Source of the DNA: an uncultured Candidatus Obscuribacterales bacterium
GTDB lineage: Bacteria > Cyanobacteriota > Vampirovibrionia > Obscuribacterales > Obscuribacteraceae
Reading direction: 5' to 3'
Assembly (NCBI GenBank): GCA_964496875.1
Contig: CAZCBH010000009.1
Coordinates: 1,902-65,901, forward strand
DNA length: 64,000 nt
Every line of letters begins with the position of its first letter. The first letter of the stretch is position 1. Both the position numbers and the translations under genes were made by a program. The notes under the pieces were generated by a model. It was not told the DNA's origin and did not search any database. It was given only the letters and a program-made list of their open reading frames with translations. Shown one piece after another: positions 18,774 through 26,585 of this stretch.

Positions 18774-20069
18774 ATGAGTACAACTGAATATGAGTCCGGT
18801 GCAGGCAAAGAGAATGAGAGCCTGGACTTCAGCGTCTCAGCCCTTCCTTTGAACAATAGGGCTGCCCATAGCTGTCGCTCCATAAATGTCTCGATCTCCT
18901 CGCCTGGCTCCGCGTCCCTGCAAAACAAAATAGCCAGCCAGATTTCCATCTCCCATCCAGTAGGATCGTTTGGAGCGGATATCGGGCTGAGTTCTATCAA
19001 CAGGGATAAGCCGAAAGATAAGAGACATCCGGCCAGGCGCAAGAGATCCTTTTTAGAACAACAGCTCAAAAATTATCTGGAGTATGCCGGTTACGAACGC
19101 AGTCTCTCGAAGCACACTATTCTGGCCTACGGCAGGGATATCCAGACCTTTGTAAATTGGTATCAGGGAGAAGCTCGTAAAACCCACCAGGTGCCCAAGC
19201 GTACCGATATTTCGGAATACATGCTGAATCTGAGCAGGCAGAACCAGAAGCCTTCCAGTATCGCAAGAACCCTGGCAAGCCTGAGGGGCTGGTTCGCATG
19301 GATGAAAAACGGCGGCACCATAAGTGATGATCCGACCGAGACCATGCACAATCCCCAGAAAGGAAGAAAACTACCGGCGGTGCTCACCCAATCCGAGGTG
19401 AAGCGTATTCTGGACACGGCGGAATCAGCCAGGGACAAAGCGATACTGGAGCTGCTCTACGCTTGCGGGCTGAGGGTCTCAGAACTTATCGGTCTCAACA
19501 TAGATGACCTGTCACTCAATCAAAGCTATCTGAAATGCCTGGGCAAAGGCGATAAAGAAAGAGTGATTCCCGTTGGCGATACTGCCCTGCTTGCCCTATC
19601 TAAGTATATGAACGATCCAAAAGAGCGTACTCTCGCCTTAAAGACCCGATTTGAGAAACCCCGAAAGGTCGGAAGGCCAAGAAAGAAAAAGTCCGGTGGC
19701 CGGTTGGCAAGATACAAGAATCCAATACTCAGCGAAGTATCCGCGTCTCTAAACCGAGCGAAAAGCGCAGACAGAGAGGCACTCTTTCTCGATGACCGGG
19801 GCAATCGCCTCAGCCGCAGCCATGTATGGAGACTGATTAAACGAGTAGCCTCCGAGGCTGGTATCACCAGAGAGCTTTCTCCTCATACCTTGAGACACAG
19901 CTTCGCCACCCATCTCCTGGAAAATGGCGCCGATCTGCGCTCGGTCCAGGAACTGCTCGGCCACTCCAGCGTTGTCACCACCCAGCTTTACACCCATGTC
20001 AGCCGCAATCACCTGAAAGAGGCCTACTCCAACGCTCAGTCACACTTTGGTAACACTCGAATATCCTGA
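18774..20069 (+). CDS. tyrosine recombinase, XerC/XerD family, with atypical N-terminal extension (start uncertain: TTG 18735 or ATG 18774)
   Basis: Core-binding domain (LSKHTILAYGRDIQTFVNWY). Catalytic region (ACGLRVSELIGL...KGDKERVIP...HTLRHSFATHLLENGADLRSVQELLGHSSVVTTQLYTHV). Confidence 0.85.
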   Translation: MSTTEYESGAGKENESLDFSVSALPLNNRAAHSCRSINVSISSPGSASLQNKIASQISISHPVGSFGADIGLSSINRDKPKDKRHPARRKRSFLEQQLKNYLEYAGYERSLSKHTILAYGRDIQTFVNWYQGEARKTHQVPKRTDISEYMLNLSRQNQKPSSIARTLASLRGWFAWMKNGGTISDDPTETMHNPQKGRKLPAVLTQSEVKRILDTAESARDKAILELLYACGLRVSELIGLNIDDLSLNQSYLKCLGKGDKERVIPVGDTALLALSKYMNDPKERTLALKTRFEKPRKVGRPRKKKSGGRLARYKNPILSEVSASLNRAKSADREALFLDDRGNRLSRSHVWRLIKRVASEAGITRELSPHTLRHSFATHLLENGADLRSVQELLGHSSVVTTQLYTHVSRNHLKEAYSNAQSHFGNTRIS

Positions 20070-20387
20070 TTACAGCAGCCTTTAGAGCCTCAATGTAAAT
20101 AATTTTAGCTTTCAAGCGATGAAATCATATATTAATAGGATACCTTTAAGAGGCCTGAATCCGAGCGACGGAGCATTGAGCACGCAAGCGAAGGGGTCGA
20201 GCCCCGGCACGGAGAGCACGGATACAGAAGGCAATCCAGGTTAGGTTGAAACCTGCCGAAGTAAGGTCTTAGTCAGTTCAGTTTCAATAAAGACAAGAAC
20301 ACCTGTTCAAGCGGTCACCAGAAAATCGGCCGTCTTACTCGGCAAATTCCAACGAATCAATATTGACACGGTTAAGGGATCATATTA

Positions 20388-21584
20388 ATGCGTCAAACAA
20401 AAAAGGTTGAAGGAACCAAAATCGCCCAGGCGGCTAAGGATCTGAACGTCACCTCGGTGACAGTGAGAAGATACATCAGCGAATTCAATATCGAGACCGC
20501 CACCGATAAAAACGGGATCAAGGTTCTACCCGAACAGGCCATGGAAGAGCTCAAAGAAGTTCGCCGCCTCAAAGAGGAAGGTCTGACCAACCCTCAAGTC
20601 CTGGAATCTCTAGAAGAGCAACGCTCGAAACCGGCGAAAAAATCGGTAGAGAAGGTCGAGAAGGCAGAAAAGACAGAAAAGGCGAAGAAAGAAGAGAAGC
20701 CCAAGTCCAAAGCCAAAGCTAAAGAGAAAGACAGCGAAGACAAAGAGAAGTCTAAAAAAGCCAAATCCACCACCGCAAGAAGAGGCAAGAAGGTCGAGCC
20801 TGATGTGGATGAGGTGGAGGAAGAGGAAGAAGCGCCAGCGGCTTCCCGGGGCAGAAAGCGTACACGCCGTAAAGAAGAAGAAGAGGAAGAAGTAGAAGAG
20901 TCGGATGTCGAAGCCGAATCCGAAGAGGAAGAGGAGGAAGAGGAGAAATCCGGCGATTCTGATTCTGATTCCGATTCCGAAAGTTCTGACGGTAGGCTCA
21001 AGCATTCCCTCACCTGCCAGACATGCGGCAAAACCTTCGAACATCCGAATCCAAGACTGAGAGACTGTCTCGACTGCTATAGAACCAAGCGCAAAGAGAG
21101 ACGTCGGGGTGGCGACCGTCACAAAAACGTCATCCAGCATCCGCTGGCCCAGCAGGTGGTCAGCAAGATGGCCAGCCAGCAGCAATCCAGAGATGATAGA
21201 GACAGTAGAGAGAGCAGCAGGGACAGAGATCGAGACAGAGATAGAGATAGAGACAGGGACCGGGATAGAGACCGGGATAGAGAAAGAAGCAGACCGGTCC
21301 GGGAAGCCAGCCATCAAGTAAGACCGGTTGCCCATGTCCAGAGCCAGGCTCAGCCTATAATCGGCGGTCTCAAAACCAAAGTGAGAAGCTATCGCAAAGC
21401 GATAGACGAAACCAGAAACATAACAAGCTCGCTGAAGCGAAGATTGGAGCGCCCCGATCTGCCTGAAGGCGAAAGAAGATGGCTGGAGCAGATCTACGCC
21501 TATCAGCTCATTCTGCACCAGGGCTGGCGGCATCTATCGGAGTATCGCTCCACCACCAATCAACAAGCCAAGCAAGACGACTAG
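20388..21584 (+). CDS. MerR-type HTH protein with K/E-rich and poly-acidic linkers, CxxC...CxxC zinc ribbon and (RD)10 repeat
   Basis: KIAQAAKDLNVTSVTVRRYISEF...LKEVRRLKEEGL resembles MerR. Also CQTCGKTFEHPNPRLRDCLDCY and RDRDRDRDRDRDRDRDRDRDRER. AAGGGA SD lies 8 nt upstream. Confidence 0.65.
   Translation: MRQTKKVEGTKIAQAAKDLNVTSVTVRRYISEFNIETATDKNGIKVLPEQAMEELKEVRRLKEEGLTNPQVLESLEEQRSKPAKKSVEKVEKAEKTEKAKKEEKPKSKAKAKEKDSEDKEKSKKAKSTTARRGKKVEPDVDEVEEEEEAPAASRGRKRTRRKEEEEEEVEESDVEAESEEEEEEEEKSGDSDSDSDSESSDGRLKHSLTCQTCGKTFEHPNPRLRDCLDCYRTKRKERRRGGDRHKNVIQHPLAQQVVSKMASQQQSRDDRDSRESSRDRDRDRDRDRDRDRDRDRDRERSRPVREASHQVRPVAHVQSQAQPIIGGLKTKVRSYRKAIDETRNITSSLKRRLERPDLPEGERRWLEQIYAYQLILHQGWRHLSEYRSTTNQQAKQDD
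21219..21287 (+). repeat. imperfect 6-bp coding microsatellite (AGR-GAY)n encoding 10 x Arg-Asp followed by RER
   Basis: Codons read directly: agg gac aga gat cga gac aga gat aga gat aga gac agg gac cgg gat aga gac cgg gat aga gaa aga. Confidence 0.9.
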
Positions 21585-21601
21585 AGCCAAATAGGTTTAA
21601 A

Positions 21602-22744
21602 TTAAAAAGGATCCGGTAGACTCTTGAGCGGGTCGCCCCCGGCTTGATTATGCGGCATAGAGTTAATCGGCTGATGAAATACAGCATTAGGGTTAGGACT
21701 GGCGTTCTGATTCAGTGCATGTTGGCCGCTGTTGTAATAGGTAGGTTTGGTGTACTTGGAGGCATAGAGCCCGGGATCCGATGAATTCTGGATCAGCCCG
21801 GGAACCTGTGCCTGACTCTGAACCGGAGCTTGATACGAAGCCGGCTGATGATTCACCAGACCCGGCACCGCGGGCTGAGCCGGAGCCATATTGAACTGCG
21901 GCGCATTAGCAATGCCTGGTATCCCTGGCAAATTTCCGCCACCCAGGGCAGGTGTCATGGTGGTGAGATCGATTGTACGATTGACCCTGACAGCCACATT
22001 GCGACCGGCTTCCACCTCGAACTCCTTGCCTCGCATACGCTTGTTGTGCACCCAGCCGATACCGCCGGCGAAGGAGCCAAGCATCCCTTTGACCTGTTTG
22101 CCGTAGTCACCCATGTTAAAGCCTGAGTTTCTCGACTTCGGTTCATCTTCGAGTTCATGGGCCGGGTTCTGATCTATATAACCATGAAAGGTCGTGGTCC
22201 TTCCGTCCGGAAACACCAGGGACTGCAGACCCACCGTCAGCTGTCCCGGCATACCGCTGCGCATCTGACGAGCAGAAGCGGCATTGACGATGGTGCCCAC
22301 TATTTTCGAACCGGGCGGCACTACGACAATACCACTATTGACGAAACCTTCCGGTAACTGAACAGCGAAGATGTCACCGGGTTTACTCTTCTTCGAAGAG
22401 AGGTCGGCATCGATTACCCCGGTCAAAACCGTGCCTACAGGAATTCTCGAGCCCAGGATCTGATTCATGAAAGCCGGACTACCGGGAGGATGATGGGTAT
22501 CCGGTCTCAAAGTGCCGGGCATACCCAGCTGGGTGTGGCTGTTGACGCTGCCGTAATTACCGGTGTATTGAGCCGGGATCTGAGGCGGCGGGTCCGGTCT
22601 GTCTATCTGCCACTGCTCTCTGGAGAAGGCCGCCTGCTCATAGAAGATCATCATGATGATTATGGTTGCAATGAGATATCGCAAGAACTTCAAGGCACTT
22701 GCGATCACTTTATGACGGACCGATTCTGTTTCGTTTACGTTCAT
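21602..22744 (-). CDS. VirB10/TrbI-like beta-barrel domain protein with TM anchor and Pro/Gln-rich C-terminus
   Basis: IPVGTVLTGVIDADLSS..., VVPPGSKIVGTIV, GQLTVGLQSLVFPDGRTTTF and FEVEAGRNVAVRVNRTIDL follow the TrbI/VirB10 core pattern. ATG 22744 (GGGAG upstream) is preferred over TTG 22780. Confidence 0.5.
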   Translation of the reverse strand: MNVNETESVRHKVIASALKFLRYLIATIIIMMIFYEQAAFSREQWQIDRPDPPPQIPAQYTGNYGSVNSHTQLGMPGTLRPDTHHPPGSPAFMNQILGSRIPVGTVLTGVIDADLSSKKSKPGDIFAVQLPEGFVNSGIVVVPPGSKIVGTIVNAASARQMRSGMPGQLTVGLQSLVFPDGRTTTFHGYIDQNPAHELEDEPKSRNSGFNMGDYGKQVKGMLGSFAGGIGWVHNKRMRGKEFEVEAGRNVAVRVNRTIDLTTMTPALGGGNLPGIPGIANAPQFNMAPAQPAVPGLVNHQPASYQAPVQSQAQVPGLIQNSSDPGLYASKYTKPTYYNSGQHALNQNASPNPNAVFHQPINSMPHNQAGGDPLKSLPDPF

Positions 22745-22876
22745 AAGCTCCCGTGTTTCTTCCGATTCTGAGCTTCTCAAGAATTATTCGTATTTTAAGA
22801 TCCTCCTCCCTTGCGGCCTATGTGAAGATTACGTATAGGAAAAAATAGTGGTTCTCGGGGATTTCCAGCCGGTTCA

Positions 22877-22885
22877 TGCTAGAAT
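22877..22885 (+). promoter_or_regulatory. candidate extended -10 promoter element (TGCTAGAAT) for rpsF-ssb-rpsR
   Basis: TGnTAGAAT lies about 115 nt upstream of rpsF. I saw no good -35 element. Confidence 0.3.
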
Positions 22886-22999
22886 CACGGATTCCTTCGG
22901 GTTTTGGCAGCTCTTTCGAGCCTGCCGTAGTCCGTAGGAATAAATGTTGAAATACCCTTGCCTGCTCTGCAGGACGCACATGACCATAGGGGGAATATT

Positions 23000-23329
23000 G
23001 TGTCGGAATTAAAAGACAATATCAGGCTGTTCGAAACGGTCTACATCATCCGTCCCAATCTGGATGAAGAAGGGGTGGATAAAACCATCGAAGCTGTCGA
23101 AGAGTTCATGAAAGGACAGAACTGCGAAATCCTCTCCACCGAAAAGAAAGGCAGAAAGCGCCTTGCCTACGAAGTGAAGAAGATGCGTGATGGCTATTAC
23201 GTGCACACGGTGTTCAAAGCCGGTCCGGAAGCCATTGCCCAGCTCAAGCGAATGATGTCTCTTTCGGAGGATGTCATCCGTGAACTGACCATCTCTGTAC
23301 CGAAAGCGGCCCTGGAAGTCCAGGCATAA
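23000..23329 (+). CDS. rpsF: 30S ribosomal protein S6
   Basis: FETVYIIRPNLDEEGVDKTIEAVEEFM...GRKRLAYEVKKMRDGYYV. In-frame GTG 23000 with AGGGGGA SD is preferred over TTG 22958. Confidence 0.9.
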   Translation: MSELKDNIRLFETVYIIRPNLDEEGVDKTIEAVEEFMKGQNCEILSTEKKGRKRLAYEVKKMRDGYYVHTVFKAGPEAIAQLKRMMSLSEDVIRELTISVPKAALEVQA

Positions 23330-23351
23330 CCAGGTCAGAGAGGATTTTTGA

Positions 23352-23783
23352 ATGAGTTTAAGCAAAATAGTCGTATCGGGACAAGTAATCAAAAACCCGG
23401 AAAAGCGGTTTACACCCAACACCAATGTGGCGGTCACCGAATTTGCCATAGCGGTAGATTCACTGCCCCGCCAGGGACAGAAACAGGAACCTACTCCTGT
23501 GAAAGTAATTGCCTGGCGTGATCTGGCCGAGCGGATAGCAGCCGAGATCAAAAAGGGCGATGTGGTCTGTGTGGATGGAAGATTGCAAATCAACAACTAC
23601 ACCACTTCGGAAGGACAGAAGCGAAGAGATGTGGAGATCGATGCCACTTCGGTAGAGAATCTCTCCCACCTCACTGGTGGCGAAGCCCGTCCCAAAGCAG
23701 GAGCCGCCGTCGCATCCGGGTCCGGTGCATCCCAGGAAGATATAGATTCCATCTTTGCTTCCGAAGATGAGATCCCGTTTTAA
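23352..23783 (+). CDS. ssb: single-stranded DNA-binding protein
   Basis: OB-fold N-terminus, Gly/Ala-rich linker and acidic tip ...SEDEIPF. Located between rpsF and rpsR. Confidence 0.9.
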   Translation: MSLSKIVVSGQVIKNPEKRFTPNTNVAVTEFAIAVDSLPRQGQKQEPTPVKVIAWRDLAERIAAEIKKGDVVCVDGRLQINNYTTSEGQKRRDVEIDATSVENLSHLTGGEARPKAGAAVASGSGASQEDIDSIFASEDEIPF

Positions 23784-23842
23784 CCCTTGTTCCAGTCAAT
23801 AGAATGACAATGAATTTTTCAAAGTAAAGGAGATAGAAGAAG

Positions 23843-24082
23843 ATGGCCCGTTTTAGAGGCGATGGACCGCCCAGAAGAAGAAAGACCTGCAATTTTTGTG
23901 CCGACAAAGTCGAGTACATCGATTTCAAGGACCCGGCCAGACTGAAGAAGTACACTACCGAGCGCGGCAAAATTCTGCCCCGTCGAATCAGCGGTAACTG
24001 TGCCATTCATCAGCGCATGCTCACCGTGGCGATTAAAAGAGCAAGAGATATCGCCCTGCTCCCCTTCGTAGCTGAAGGTTAA
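23843..24082 (+). CDS. rpsR: 30S ribosomal protein S18
   Basis: [60 protein letters not shown]. Confidence 0.95.
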   Translation: MARFRGDGPPRRRKTCNFCADKVEYIDFKDPARLKKYTTERGKILPRRISGNCAIHQRMLTVAIKRARDIALLPFVAEG

Positions 24083-24221
24083 AGCGAGAATTCCCGGAAG
24101 CCGGCTTTTGAATGTAATTGACTCAATTCAAGTGGAATCAGTATTCAAGAGCCGGTTTTTGCAAAAACTGACACCTTCAGGTGGACTCTTAGAACGGCTG
24201 TGGTGTAAGATCTTTCCACGT

Positions 24222-24304
24222 GCCGAAGTGGTGAAATGGCAAACACGCTACGTTCAGGTCGTAGTGAGCATTAGCTCTTGTGGGTTCAAGTCCCACCTTC
24301 GGCA
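24222..24304 (+). tRNA. tRNA-Leu (anticodon CAG), class II with long variable arm, CCA not encoded
   Basis: Hand-folded cloverleaf. Acceptor GCCGAAG/CTTCGGC. D-stem GTG/CAC. Anticodon stem CTACG/CGTAG with loop TTCAGGT. Variable stem GAGC/GCTC. T-arm GTGGG-TTCAAGT-CCCAC. Discriminator A. Confidence 0.9.
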
Positions 24305-24340
24305 ATCTTTATTATTACCAGAAAAAAATTAGAGGTGCAA

Positions 24341-24889
24341 TTGGCTTCAGATCCCCGTCGTCCAGACCCGAAAAGAGATTTACCGCCCTTGAACGATCGC
24401 ATTCGCGTTCCGGAATTAAGGCTAATTGATGACGAAGGAAACCAGGTCGGAATAGTTCGCACCAAAGACGCTTTAGCCCAGGCCAAAGAGAGAGGTCTGG
24501 ACCTTTTCCTCGTTCAACCAGATGCTGTCCCGCCGGTGGCCAAAATAATGGACTACGGACGCTATAAGTTCGAACAGGACAAAAAGGCTAAAGAAGCCAA
24601 GAAAAGACAGCATCAAGCCGATGTCAAAGAGATAAAGATGCGTTACAAAATCGAGGATCATGACTATCAAGTTAAGCTCCGTAACGCAAAAAAATTCCTC
24701 AATAACGGCGACAAGATCAAAGTGGTGACCATGCTGCGCGGTCGCGAAATGCAGCACAGCAGCATGGCTGTAGAGCTTATGAACCGTTTTGCAGAAGAGC
24801 TTGTCGATTTATCGATTATGGACAGACCGCCAAAAATCGAGGGTCGCAATGTTATTATGATTCTCTCGCCTGGATCTCAGAAGAGATAA
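24341..24889 (+). CDS. infC: translation initiation factor IF-3 (non-ATG start; TTG 24341 or GTG 24335)
   Basis: NDRIRVPELRLIDDEGNQVGIV...DLFLVQPDAVPPVAKIMDYGRYKFEQ. The track ORF start (24278) lies inside the tRNA, so the real start must be downstream. AGAGG lies just upstream. Confidence 0.85.
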   Translation: MASDPRRPDPKRDLPPLNDRIRVPELRLIDDEGNQVGIVRTKDALAQAKERGLDLFLVQPDAVPPVAKIMDYGRYKFEQDKKAKEAKKRQHQADVKEIKMRYKIEDHDYQVKLRNAKKFLNNGDKIKVVTMLRGREMQHSSMAVELMNRFAEELVDLSIMDRPPKIEGRNVIMILSPGSQKR

Positions 24890-25006
24890 GGTGGTATCAT
24901 CATTTGCTCTCACGCCGTTGTGGCCTGTCCGCCGGAGCGCTGAGCAGATTAGCGGGCCGAATTGAAGTCGGTCCCGGAATTCCGAGTTTATATCAAGGTA
25001 CTGATC

Positions 25007-25216
25007 ATGCCAAAAATGAAGACCAACAAAGCGGCAGCTCGCCGTTTTAAAGTAACCGGAACCGGTAAGGTTCTGCGCAAACAAGCCGGCACCCGCCACA
25101 TCAACGAGTGGATGTCCGCCGATGTGAAGCGCAATCTAAGAGGCTGGGCCAGACTCGACAAAGATGTCGAAGCGCACATCCTCGAAATGTTCCCCTATCG
25201 CAAGTATCTGCGATAG
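25007..25216 (+). CDS. rpmI: 50S ribosomal protein L35
   Basis: MPKMKTNKAAARRFKVTGTGKVLRKQAGTRH. Confidence 0.9.
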   Translation: MPKMKTNKAAARRFKVTGTGKVLRKQAGTRHINEWMSADVKRNLRGWARLDKDVEAHILEMFPYRKYLR

Positions 25217-25323
25217 AGATCTAAATTAGCCAACAAAAACTGATTCATTCCGTATAAGGGATCTCCTCCCCGACTACGCTTGAACCAAATCGAAGAGAAA
25301 AAAAACAAGCAGGAGAATAAGTT

Positions 25324-25671
25324 ATGTCCAGAGTAAAACGTGGCAACGTGCTTCAGAAGCGCCACAAGAAGATCCTCAAGTACGCCAAGGGCTTCCGCGG
25401 CTCCAACTCCAAACTCTTCATCGCCGCCAACCAGACAGTGATGAAAGCCTGGAAGAACGCTTTCAGAGACAGAAGAAAGCGCAAGAGAGATTTCAGAAGA
25501 CTGTGGATCACCAGAATCAACGCGGCTTGCCGCGCCCACGGCATGAGATACAGCCAGTTCATCGACGGTCTCAACAAAAAGAACGTCGAAGTGAACCGTA
25601 AAATGCTCGCCGATCTCGCGGTTCGTGACAAAGAAGCCTTCACCCAACTGGTCGAGCTGGCAAAGAACTAG
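25324..25671 (+). CDS. rplT: 50S ribosomal protein L20
   Basis: [27 protein letters not shown]... with AGGAGA SD. Confidence 0.95.
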   Translation: MSRVKRGNVLQKRHKKILKYAKGFRGSNSKLFIAANQTVMKAWKNAFRDRRKRKRDFRRLWITRINAACRAHGMRYSQFIDGLNKKNVEVNRKMLADLAVRDKEAFTQLVELAKN

Positions 25672-25695
25672 ATTGCGGCAGATAGAAGTTTCAGC

Positions 25696-26538
25696 ATGGA
25701 CTTCGCATCCGCTTCTCGCGCCCTGCCCGAGCCTATAACCAGCGCCTCCAATCCGCTGATCAAGCGCATAAGAGGTCTTGGCAGCCGCACAGGCAGAAGG
25801 AAAGCTGGGCTTTTCCTAGCCGAAGGCGAAAGCGTCGTCCGGGAAGCTCTCACAGCCTGTTGTGCCGATATCGAAGAGATTGTGATTTCATCATCCTTCG
25901 ACAGACTCGACAGCCTGCTCGAAAATCTCCCCGAGAACAGCGACTGTCCACCTCTCAAAGTAGTGGACGAGAAACTCTTCAAAGAGGTCTCGGGTACCGA
26001 AACACCGCTTGGCATAATCGCTCTCGTGAAGCTACCTCAGAACGATAGAAGCGCAGTGCTCGGTTTGAAAAACGCACTGGTAACGGTGGCTTATTCAATT
26101 TCGGATCCCGGCAATCTCGGAACCATAATAAGGTCTTCGCTGGCTTTCGGAGCCGACGCTGTTTTCTTGACCCGGGGCTCTGTGGATCCATATAATCCAA
26201 AGGTGGTGAGAGCCGCCGCCGGAGCCCTCTTTGCCCTGCCGGTCATAGAAGATGTAGACGCACCGGATTTATTGAACGAGGCAAAAGCAGCCGGTATTCA
26301 GGTGGTCAGCCTGGCAGCCTCAGGCCATAAAACGCTCAAAGAGGTCGATTTCAAGAAAGCGAGCCTTATTCTAATAGGCAACGAAGCCCACGGTATAGAC
26401 CAGGATCTGCTGGAAAAGTCCGATCTGGTGGCATCGATTCCGATTGCGAAGCGGAGCGAATCGCTTAACGCCGCCGTTGCCCATTCTATTGCCCTTTATG
26501 AAGCATCTGATCAGAGAAGGAAAATCCAATCGAGCTGA
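25696..26538 (+). CDS. TrmH/SpoU-family RNA 2-prime-O-methyltransferase
   Basis: SpoU motifs DPGNLGTIIRS, LILIGNEAHGI and IPIAKRSESLNAAVA. Confidence 0.8.
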   Translation: MDFASASRALPEPITSASNPLIKRIRGLGSRTGRRKAGLFLAEGESVVREALTACCADIEEIVISSSFDRLDSLLENLPENSDCPPLKVVDEKLFKEVSGTETPLGIIALVKLPQNDRSAVLGLKNALVTVAYSISDPGNLGTIIRSSLAFGADAVFLTRGSVDPYNPKVVRAAAGALFALPVIEDVDAPDLLNEAKAAGIQVVSLAASGHKTLKEVDFKKASLILIGNEAHGIDQDLLEKSDLVASIPIAKRSESLNAAVAHSIALYEASDQRRKIQSS

Positions 26539-26585
26539 CAATCTTGCTAGAATTAGCAGTTCAACTCAAACAATAGATATCGAGC

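Noticed and set aside
18623-19069. 148-aa minus-strand ORF spanning the AsmA-like gene end and the recombinase N-terminal region
   Set aside because: It overlaps the 3-prime end of a well-supported 1383-aa gene. It has no recognisable motifs or SD. It is most likely a chance ORF, although the unresolved recombinase start leaves a small doubt.
20150-20185. tmRNA-like 5-prime end (GGCCTGAATCCGAGCGACGGAG vs GGGGCUGAUUCUGGAUUCGACGGG)
   Set aside because: The resemblance is limited to a few bases. There is no tRNA-like 3-prime end (T-arm plus CCA context), no tag reading frame, and the region is too short for tmRNA.
21219-21287. Short periodic DNA repeats considered as a possible CRISPR or other non-coding array
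   Set aside because: The period is 6 bp, in frame, and encodes Arg-Asp within a long ORF. There are no 25-40-bp repeats or spacers. No CRISPR-like array was seen anywhere in the window.
20610-21533. 307-aa ORF antisense to the MerR-RD gene, plus the 145-aa ORF at 20594-21031
   Set aside because: Its sequence is a mirror image of the low-complexity sense strand (poly-F/L/S from poly-K/E/D codons). It lies entirely within a gene that has recognisable HTH and zinc-ribbon domains. It is a compositional artefact.
18735-22780. Recombinase + MerR/excisionase-like HTH + VirB10-like gene read as a degraded integrative conjugative element
   Set aside because: The recombinase has the full XerC/D housekeeping signature rather than a phage- or ICE-integrase look. 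The HTH protein fits MerR better than Xis. I saw no flanking direct repeats, no tRNA attachment site at the boundary, and no relaxase, coupling-protein or other T4SS genes.
23009-23596. 195-aa ORF antisense to rpsF and ssb
   Set aside because: It lies opposite two highly conserved housekeeping genes and has no motifs. It is a chance antisense ORF.
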